Source: Patescibacteria group bacterium
Lineage (GTDB): Bacteria; Patescibacteriota; Patescibacteriia; SCPX01
Assembly (NCBI GenBank): GCA_004298615.1
Contig: SCPX01000056.1
Span: 6,876-70,875, forward strand
DNA: 64,000 bases
Direction: 5' to 3'
The notes under the pieces are model-generated. The model made no database searches, was not told the origin of the DNA, and saw only the letters and a list, made by a program, of their open reading frames with translations. The position numbers were made by a program, and so were the translations under genes. Below are positions 57,336 through 64,000 of this stretch, in pieces (position 1 is the stretch's first letter; each line of letters begins with the position of its first letter).

Positions 57336-58265
57336 ATGGAAAATATAATCAACTGGACAATTCAAATTTTGCTCTTGCCGGCCTTGTCGCCGCTCTGTGT
57401 CGGCATTATCAGAAAAATAAAAGCGCGCTTTCAAAATCGCCAAGGAGCGAGCGTTTTTCAGCCATATAATGATCTGTGGAAGCTTTTTCATAAAGACGAG
57501 GTGATAAGCTCTGACGCTTCCTGGATATTCCGTTTCGCGCCGTTTGCGATTTTTGGAGCGACTTTGGCAGTCTCGGCCAGTCTTCCGATTTTCGCCTCGT
57601 TTTTGTCAAATAATTTCACGAGCGATATTTTAGCGGTTATTTATATTCTGGCGATCGGTACTTTTTTCTTGGCGCTCGCCGGATTGGATGTCGGGGGAGC
57701 TTTCGGGGGATTTGGTTCAAGCCGGGAGATGACCGTGTCGGCGCTGGCCGAAGGCGGACTTTTATTTTCATTGCTCGTCCTTTCTTTCATGAGCGGAACG
57801 ACTAACCTTTTTTCAATTTCCGGCACCATTGATTCTTTGCCTCTCGCGTCTCTCTTGCCGGTTGTTCTGGCATTCTTGGGATTCTTTATCGTTTTATTGG
57901 CGGAGACGGCCCGCTTTCCTTTTGACAATCCGTCCACTCATCTTGAGCTTACGATGATCCACGAAGCGATGATAATTGAATATTCCGGAAAGCGGCTTGC
58001 CCTGATTGAATGGGCATCGGCCAATAAGCTGTTAATTTTCATAACGCTCGGCTCAAGTCTGTTTTTCCCAATAGGCATTGCCCATTCCATGGGCGTGATC
58101 GCGATAGCCGCCGCTATTTTATTTTATCTTTTGAAAGTCCTGGTTTTTTGCGTAGCCGTCGCCATTATTGAATCCGGCATTGCCAAACTTCGTCTTTTTC
58201 GGCTTCCGGATTTGCTGCTTTTTTCTTTTATTTTAAGCGTTATCGCCCTTGGTTTGATAATTTAA
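57336..58265 (+). CDS. NuoH/HycD-like membrane subunit
   Basis: Its N-terminus 'IRKIKARFQNRQGASVFQPYNDLWKLF' matches the HycD/NuoH 'RxGPxxxQxxxDxxKL' block; it has about 8 TM helices. Confidence 0.75.
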   Translation: MENIINWTIQILLLPALSPLCVGIIRKIKARFQNRQGASVFQPYNDLWKLFHKDEVISSDASWIFRFAPFAIFGATLAVSASLPIFASFLSNNFTSDILAVIYILAIGTFFLALAGLDVGGAFGGFGSSREMTVSALAEGGLLFSLLVLSFMSGTTNLFSISGTIDSLPLASLLPVVLAFLGFFIVLLAETARFPFDNPSTHLELTMIHEAMIIEYSGKRLALIEWASANKLLIFITLGSSLFFPIGIAHSMGVIAIAAAILFYLLKVLVFCVAVAIIESGIAKLRLFRLPDLLLFSFILSVIALGLII

Positions 58266-58268
58266 AAT

Positions 58269-58931
58269 ATGATTGACGCGATGAACAATTCATTTTTTCA
58301 ATTTACGGCAATCACGGCGGTTTTTTTGTCAGCCGTGCTGCTCCATATTACGAAAAGAAATTCAACTGCGGTCTCCTTGTATTTTATCCAATCGCTCGCC
58401 GTGGCCGCTTTGCTTTTCCGGCCGCTGTTTGAAAATTTCTCTTTGGCCGTTCTGCTGATGGCCGGATTGACTTTGGCGATAAAAGCCGCAGTCGCGCCGC
58501 TTTTCTTTTCAAGATTGATCAAAAGACATCAATTGAAATTTTCCGCCAGCACTTATTTGAATACGCCGCTGACTTTGATCGTCATAGCCGCTCTTGCCGC
58601 GCTGACCAATTCTCGGATTTTTTCCCACATCGCGTCGATTGATCCGGACAATAAAAAAATATTGGGACTGGCTATTGCCGTGATCCTCGTATCTTTTTTT
58701 CTGATCATCAATCGCAAAGGCGCCGTGTCGCAAATCATCGGGATTCTGTCGCTGGAGAACGGGATCGTCGCTTTTGCTTTGTTTTCCGGACTGGAACAAT
58801 CGCCGGCGCTCCAAATCGGCGTGATATTTGATCTTTTTGTCTGGGTGATTATTGCCGCCGTTTTTATTTCAATGATCTATAAGCAATTCGGTTCGCTTGA
58901 TGTGACCGAACTGAAGCATTTGAAAGAATAA
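58269..58931 (+). CDS. HyfE-like small membrane subunit (NuoK-related)
   Basis: Its 220-aa size and position match hyfE. It has 6-7 TM helices; motif support is weak. Confidence 0.5.
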   Translation: MIDAMNNSFFQFTAITAVFLSAVLLHITKRNSTAVSLYFIQSLAVAALLFRPLFENFSLAVLLMAGLTLAIKAAVAPLFFSRLIKRHQLKFSASTYLNTPLTLIVIAALAALTNSRIFSHIASIDPDNKKILGLAIAVILVSFFLIINRKGAVSQIIGILSLENGIVAFALFSGLEQSPALQIGVIFDLFVWVIIAAVFISMIYKQFGSLDVTELKHLKE

Positions 58932-58934
58932 TTT

Positions 58935-60383
58935 TTGAATATGGAATTGATTTTAATCATCGGATCTCCCATAGTCGCTTCAATCGCCAGTTTTTTTTCA
59001 AGCAAAAGAAAAGCCTGCGAAACAGCGACAATAATCGCCGGAGCCGTTGCTTTGGCCGCAGCGCTGTTTGCCGTGCTTAAAGTTTCCTCCGAAGGGACTT
59101 ATTCGCCCAATGATTATTTTTCAATTGACGCGCTTGGAGCCATAATTATCTCATTGATAGCTTTCATCGGCTTTATTGCCGCGCTGTATTCAACGGCTTA
59201 CTTGAGAAGGGAAACGGAAAAGGGGATAATTGGCTTTGAAAAAGTCAGGCTTTACTTCATTCTTTTCAATTTATTCATCGCGGCTATGTTTTTGGCCGCT
59301 TCCACTTCCAATCCCATAATAATGTGGATCGCCATTGAAGGCACCACTCTTTCCACGGCGTTTTTGATCAGTTTTTACAATAAGCCGTCCGCTATGGAGG
59401 CGGCGTGGAAATATTTGATCATCAATTCAATCGGATTACTCTTGGGATTTTTCGGCACCTTGCTTTTTTACACGGCCCTGACGCACGGAGAGGGAATTGC
59501 ATTCAGCTGGGATTCTTTGATGGATAGCGCCAAAAATCTTGATCCGATGATTGCGAAAATCGCTTTTATATTCATATTGGTCGGCTACGGAACAAAGACC
59601 GGCTTGGCGCCAATGCACACTTGGCTTCCCGACGCTCACAGCAAAGCGCCGGCGCCCGTCAGCGGACTTTTGTCCGGTTTGCTGCTTAATGTCGCGATGC
59701 TGGCCATTTTGCGTTTTAAAGTCGTGGCCGATGCCGCGATTGGCGGACAGTTTACCGGCAACTTATTGATTTGGTTCGGTCTAATCTCAATTGTTTTGGC
59801 GGGCTTTATCATAATGGTGCAGAAAAATTACAAACGCTTGTTCGCTTATTCCAGTATTGAAAATATGGGAATCGCGGCTATGGGATTCGGCTTCGGCGGA
59901 ATCGGATCGTTCGCGGCTATTCTTCATATAATTTATCACGCGCTGGCCAAATCGCTTCTTTTCTTCTCGTCCGGCAACATATTTTTACGATACAGTTCCA
60001 CAAAAATCGCCAAAGTGAAAGGAATGTTGTCCGCAATTCCGGCCACGAGCCTTGTCGTTGTGATAGGATTTTTGACAATCGTCGGCGTTCCGCCTTTCGG
60101 AATATTTATGACAAAGTTTTATATTTTGTCCGAAGGTTTGAAAACCCATCCTGTCCAAACGATTATCGCGCTGGTTTCGTTCGTCATTATTTTTGTCGGT
60201 TTCCTGACTCACGCCGCGGCTTTGCTCTTCGGCAATGCGCCCGAAGAGATTTCCAAAGAAAAAGAAAACAAGTGGACAATTATTCCACTGGCGATTTTAA
60301 TAATCGCTTTTGTCGTTTTGAGCGTATATTTGCCGCCACCGCTTAAAATCCTGATTGACTCCGCTTTAATCAAATACCAATAA
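58935..60383 (+). CDS. NuoM/N / HyfF-like antiporter-type membrane subunit
   Basis: It has the Proton_antipo_M motif 'GLAPMHTWLPDAHSKAPAPVSGLLSGLLLNVAM'. Confidence 0.7.
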   Translation: MNMELILIIGSPIVASIASFFSSKRKACETATIIAGAVALAAALFAVLKVSSEGTYSPNDYFSIDALGAIIISLIAFIGFIAALYSTAYLRRETEKGIIGFEKVRLYFILFNLFIAAMFLAASTSNPIIMWIAIEGTTLSTAFLISFYNKPSAMEAAWKYLIINSIGLLLGFFGTLLFYTALTHGEGIAFSWDSLMDSAKNLDPMIAKIAFIFILVGYGTKTGLAPMHTWLPDAHSKAPAPVSGLLSGLLLNVAMLAILRFKVVADAAIGGQFTGNLLIWFGLISIVLAGFIIMVQKNYKRLFAYSSIENMGIAAMGFGFGGIGSFAAILHIIYHALAKSLLFFSSGNIFLRYSSTKIAKVKGMLSAIPATSLVVVIGFLTIVGVPPFGIFMTKFYILSEGLKTHPVQTIIALVSFVIIFVGFLTHAAALLFGNAPEEISKEKENKWTIIPLAILIIAFVVLSVYLPPPLKILIDSALIKYQ

Positions 60384-60384
60384 T

Positions 60385-61956
60385 ATGAATAACAATGAAA
60401 TAATCGCCAAATATCTGCCGGCGCATGCGGATGTAAAAATCAATAATAATTTTATCGCATTTGAGATTCCGCACTCTTCGCTGAAAGAGATTGTTTGCGA
60501 TCTTTACCGCAAGCACAATCTGCCGCTAAAGACCATAACCGCGGCAGATGAAAGGGAAGAAAACGGCTGTTTTAAGATATTCTATGCGTTTGGAGCGCCG
60601 AAAGAAAATATTTTTGTGGCGCCCTTTATCAGGATTGAAAGCTCTGAGGAATTTCCTTCTTTGACTTCGGAAATTCACGAAGCGTCAACTTATGAAAGAA
60701 AAATAAAAACTTTTTTCGGCCTAAATCCCATTGGCCATCCGAATCCGCGGACATTGATTCTTCACGAGAATTGGCCCAATGGTTTATTTCCTTTGAGAAA
60801 AGATTTTAACTGGCAGACCCGTCCGGCCGAGGCCAAGGAACATTTTGAATTTTATAAAATAGAAGGGGAGGGGATTTATGAAATTCCGGTGGGGCCGATC
60901 CACGCAGGAATTATTGAGCCGGGACATTTCCGTTTCAATGTGGCCGGAGAAGAGATTTTGAATCTTGAGCCGCGGCTCGGTTTTGTGCACAAAGGAAGCG
61001 AGAAATTGTTTGAGATTTTGCCGCTTGAAAAAAAATTGATTTTATCCGAGAAAATTTCCGGCGACAGCGCTTTTTCTCATTCTCTTGCTTTTTGCCAAGC
61101 CGTAGAGTCTTTGGGCGGGATCAATGTTCCGGAGCGGGCCAAATATTTGAGAGTCGTATACGCGGAACTGGAAAGACTGGCCAATCATTTGGGCGACATC
61201 GGCTTCATAATGCTTGACACCGGATTTAATTTCGGCGGGGCAAACGGCAGCCGCTTGAGAGAAATGATAATGCAGATAAACGAGCGATTGACCGGCAGCC
61301 GGTTTTTGCGCGGGGTAAATATTTTCGGAGGAGTCGCAAAAGACATAAACAGGCAAGCGGCAGATAAATTAATGGAGGATTTGGAAAATATCGTAAATGA
61401 TTTTTCCGAAGTGATTGAAGTGGCCGAAAACAGCGATTCGCTTTTGAACCGGCTGAAAGGCACGGGAATTGTCACGGGCCAAATTGCCAAAGATCATGGA
61501 GTAACCGGCGTGGCCGGGCGGGCGGGCGGAAGCAAAAATGACGCGAGAAAAGATTTCCCTTACGCGGCTTATGATAAATTGGATTTCCAGATCGCGGTTG
61601 AAGAAACAAGCGATGTTTACGCGCGATTCCGCGTCCGCATAAAAGAAGTTTATTCGTCTTTTGAAATAATAAAACAAGCTTTGGAAAATTTGCCGGAAGG
61701 AGCGGTTAATGCGCCCTTGGCGGCCGTCAATCTAACGCCGAACGCGCAGGCTTTGAGTATTGTTGAAGGTTGGCGCGGAGACATCGTATATTTCGCAATG
61801 ACTGACGCGCGGGGAAATATCAGCCGCGTTGATGTGCGGGATCCGTCTTTCTTAAATTGGACGGCCGCCGGACACGCCGGTCCGGGCAATATTGTTCCGG
61901 ACTTTCCTCTGATAAACAAGAGCTTTAATTTGTCGTATTCCGGAAACGATCTTTGA
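60385..61956 (+). CDS. HycE/HyfG-like fused NuoC-NuoD ([NiFe] large-subunit homologue) lacking all four Ni-Fe cysteine ligands
   Basis: 'PVGPIHAGIIEPGHFRF' aligns to the HycE/NuoD core. 'EKISGDSAFSHS' replaces the 'RVCGICGFAHS' L1 motif (both Cys to Ser). The C-terminal 'DVRDPSFLNW' replaces 'DPCYSC' (Cys to Ser and Cys to Asn). Confidence 0.75.
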   Translation: MNNNEIIAKYLPAHADVKINNNFIAFEIPHSSLKEIVCDLYRKHNLPLKTITAADEREENGCFKIFYAFGAPKENIFVAPFIRIESSEEFPSLTSEIHEASTYERKIKTFFGLNPIGHPNPRTLILHENWPNGLFPLRKDFNWQTRPAEAKEHFEFYKIEGEGIYEIPVGPIHAGIIEPGHFRFNVAGEEILNLEPRLGFVHKGSEKLFEILPLEKKLILSEKISGDSAFSHSLAFCQAVESLGGINVPERAKYLRVVYAELERLANHLGDIGFIMLDTGFNFGGANGSRLREMIMQINERLTGSRFLRGVNIFGGVAKDINRQAADKLMEDLENIVNDFSEVIEVAENSDSLLNRLKGTGIVTGQIAKDHGVTGVAGRAGGSKNDARKDFPYAAYDKLDFQIAVEETSDVYARFRVRIKEVYSSFEIIKQALENLPEGAVNAPLAAVNLTPNAQALSIVEGWRGDIVYFAMTDARGNISRVDVRDPSFLNWTAAGHAGPGNIVPDFPLINKSFNLSYSGNDL

Positions 61957-61959
61957 TTT

Positions 61960-63477
61960 ATGCCGATAAGGCAGTCTTTGGTTATTCGTTTGATATTAGC
62001 CGCGCTTATTTTGGGAATCGGTTTGGGAGATTTTTTAGAAAATGATTTTGCCTATTGGGCGGTTATCGGCATTGGAATAGCGGCGCTGATTTTTTCGGTT
62101 ATGGAGCGAAACAGGATTTTTTATTTAACGGGCATTTTATTGCTCGTTTTTTGTTTTGGCGGAATTTGGGCGCGCTTAAACGAGCCGATAATTGATCAAT
62201 CGCACATTGGATTTTACAACGGACAAAAAATTTTATTGCAGGGAATTGTAGTCGGGGAGCCGGAAATGAAAAAGGCGAGTATCAGATATGCTATTAGAGA
62301 AATCACGGCGGATAATCATGATTTGCGCGGCCGATTGCTCATTACCTCGCGATTTTATCCGGAATACCATTACGGCGATTTATTGGAAATTGAATGCAAA
62401 TTAAAAAAACCGGAGCCGTTTGAAGGTTTTGAATATGATAAATATTTATCGCGCTATGGTATTTATTCTACTTGCTCTTTTCCGAAAATCGCTTTGCTGG
62501 AACAAAACAAAGGGAGCGCCGTCCGCGCAATGCTTCTGGATTTTAAAAAATATTTCACAAGCCGATTGGAGAAAATTTTTCCAGCCGCGCCCGCCGCTTT
62601 GGCCGCCGGACTTTTGACCGGCGAAAGAAGCGGTATTCCTGAGGAATTGAAAGATAAATTTTCCACCACCGGTTTGTCGCACATTTTGGCAGTATCTGGT
62701 TTCAATATCACGATTATCGGATGGGCGATTTATTGGGTGAGCGCCAGAGCGCCGTTTATGAACCGGAAACGCGCTTTTTGGCTGTCACTCGGAATTATTT
62801 TTTGTTTCGTCCTGATTGCCGGTTTTGAGGCATCAATCATCAGAGCGGCGATTATGGGATCATTGGTCTTGATTGCCGAGCAAGCCGGCCGCCGGCGTTC
62901 CGGCTTGAATCTGCTATTGATTGCGGCCGCGGTTATGCTGCTCATCAATCCAAAACTTTTTTGGCTGGACATCGGCTTTCAACTTTCCTTTTTGGCGACT
63001 TTCGGACTTTTGGAAGTGTCGCCCCGAATTGAAAAATATTTTTTATGGATGCCGGAAACTTTGGAATTGCGCAAAACTTTTGCGGCCACAATTTCCGCGC
63101 AAATTATGACTCTGCCGATAATCGCTTCGTCATTCGGCATCGTGTCTTTGATTGCGCCGCTGACCAATATAATCGTTCTGCCGCTCATTCCTTACATTAT
63201 GCTGTTTGTCCTGATTGCCGGAATCGGAGCCGTGATTTTTATCAAACTTGGAATAGCGCTCGCGCTGGTTCCCTTGATTCTGATTTGGTATGTTATTTTC
63301 ATAGCCCAATTTTTCTCCGATATTCCTTTTGCCGCGCTGGAAATTGAATCCTATTGGATCGTCTGGATCGGATTTGCCATCAGTATGATTTTGATCTTTA
63401 AAAAAGAACTTAAAAAATCATTCGCTTTGGCGCCGCGGTTTCGGTTTCTGAAGAAAGTGCAAGCCGATCGCAATTAA
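61960..63477 (+). CDS. comEC: ComEC/Rec2-family DNA-uptake channel protein (no beta-lactamase domain)
   Basis: 'TTGLSHILAVSGFNITIIG' matches the ComEC competence domain; it has about 10 TM helices. Confidence 0.75.
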   Translation: MPIRQSLVIRLILAALILGIGLGDFLENDFAYWAVIGIGIAALIFSVMERNRIFYLTGILLLVFCFGGIWARLNEPIIDQSHIGFYNGQKILLQGIVVGEPEMKKASIRYAIREITADNHDLRGRLLITSRFYPEYHYGDLLEIECKLKKPEPFEGFEYDKYLSRYGIYSTCSFPKIALLEQNKGSAVRAMLLDFKKYFTSRLEKIFPAAPAALAAGLLTGERSGIPEELKDKFSTTGLSHILAVSGFNITIIGWAIYWVSARAPFMNRKRAFWLSLGIIFCFVLIAGFEASIIRAAIMGSLVLIAEQAGRRRSGLNLLLIAAAVMLLINPKLFWLDIGFQLSFLATFGLLEVSPRIEKYFLWMPETLELRKTFAATISAQIMTLPIIASSFGIVSLIAPLTNIIVLPLIPYIMLFVLIAGIGAVIFIKLGIALALVPLILIWYVIFIAQFFSDIPFAALEIESYWIVWIGFAISMILIFKKELKKSFALAPRFRFLKKVQADRN

Positions 63478-64000
63478 AATGGCCATGCTGGCCAGAGCCA
63501 ATTGATAGCGGGCGCTACCCCAGCCGGAAAATACCGTGACTATGCCGCCCCACAAAAGCGGGCCGATGATTACGGCGAACCGTTCAAAAATGGAGTAAAA
63601 ACTAAAAAATTTTCCTTGTTCGTTTTCCGGAATCAAGGTGACGAAAAAAGCGCGCGATACGGACCAAATGGCGCCGAAGAAAAATCCGCCGATCGCGTTG
63701 ATAATCCAAAAAAACCAAACGGTGTTTGACCAAGCCATGGCTCCGAAAAGGATCATCCAGATAATGAGGATTCGTTGAAGCGCTTTTTTATGTCCGATTT
63801 TGTCCGCGTACCAGCCGACAAAAGTGCCTCCGATTGCGGCCATAACCAAAGATGTGAATATTATCAAAAGTTTCTTAAAATCATCAATATGAAAAACCCG
63901 CTCCATATAAAGCGGCCCGAAAATAATAATAGTGCCGACCGCGTTATTGAAAAAGAAAAAAGATAATAGAAAGCGCAGCGCGTCCGGATATTTCTTAAAC
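63418..64000 (-). CDS. MFS-type transporter, C-terminal part (the gene runs off the window edge)
   Basis: The ORF stays open to position 64000 in frame ('...FKKYPDALRFLLSFFFFNNAVGTIIIFGPLYMERVF...'). It has TM helices with MFS-like loops 'GWYADKIGHKK' and 'SVSRAFF'. Confidence 0.6.
   Translation of the reverse strand, partial: FKKYPDALRFLLSFFFFNNAVGTIIIFGPLYMERVFHIDDFKKLLIIFTSLVMAAIGGTFVGWYADKIGHKKALQRILIIWMILFGAMAWSNTVWFFWIINAIGGFFFGAIWSVSRAFFVTLIPENEQGKFFSFYSIFERFAVIIGPLLWGGIVTVFSGWGSARYQLALASMAILIAIGLHFLQKPKPRRQSE

Noticed and set aside
61960-63477. ComEC truncated (pseudogene), because the metallo-beta-lactamase domain is missing
   Set aside because: The ORF is intact with a complete competence-channel domain. 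Short ComEC proteins without the nuclease domain are common in reduced genomes, so it is not called a pseudogene.

Overview
This 64-kb window reads like a low-to-moderate GC, compact, almost entirely plus-strand genome typical of a CPR/Patescibacteria-type bacterium. That assignment is an inference from gene content and architecture, not a database result. Gene order along the window:

- Redox and housekeeping: a DsbA-like protein, RarA, two tandem DUF2207-like membrane proteins, and a minus-strand peroxiredoxin plus Fur/PerR pair.
- Surface block: a Gly/Asn-rich secreted repeat protein and a roughly 1450-aa PKD/cadherin-like/DUF11 adhesin.
- SipW-type signal peptidase island: three proteins with a near-identical leader peptide, an ASH/PapD-like membrane protein and a subtilisin.
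- Copper homeostasis: CopZ, CopA and two cupredoxin-like proteins.
- CcdA, a second DsbA and Lgt.
- A 2.2-kb three-gene cassette bounded by ~150-bp direct repeats that carry 36-bp palindromes: a PaaX-like regulator, a coiled-coil protein and a mini kinase-like protein.
- An ABC-2 transporter, then initiator and elongator tRNA-Met(CAT) with a tRNA-fragment scar.
- ScpB, TpiA, a DUF59 protein, and a lone AtpZ plus second ATP-synthase a-subunit.
- SOD, GlmS and three cation:proton antiporters.
- A complete F1Fo operon (a-c-b-delta-alpha-gamma-beta-epsilon).
- Immediately downstream, a six-gene Hyf/Hyc-type (group-4 hydrogenase/complex-I-like) membrane module whose NuoB-like and large-subunit homologues have lost every Fe-S and Ni-Fe cysteine ligand.
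- ComEC and a truncated minus-strand MFS gene.

The candidates I rate highest for a novel system are the cofactor-less complex-I-like module next to the ATP synthase, the SipW-plus-cognate-substrate island, and the repeat-bounded regulator/kinase cassette.

No CRISPR array, no rRNA and no recognisable transposase or integrase was found. All homology calls are from motif recognition by eye; no searches were run.
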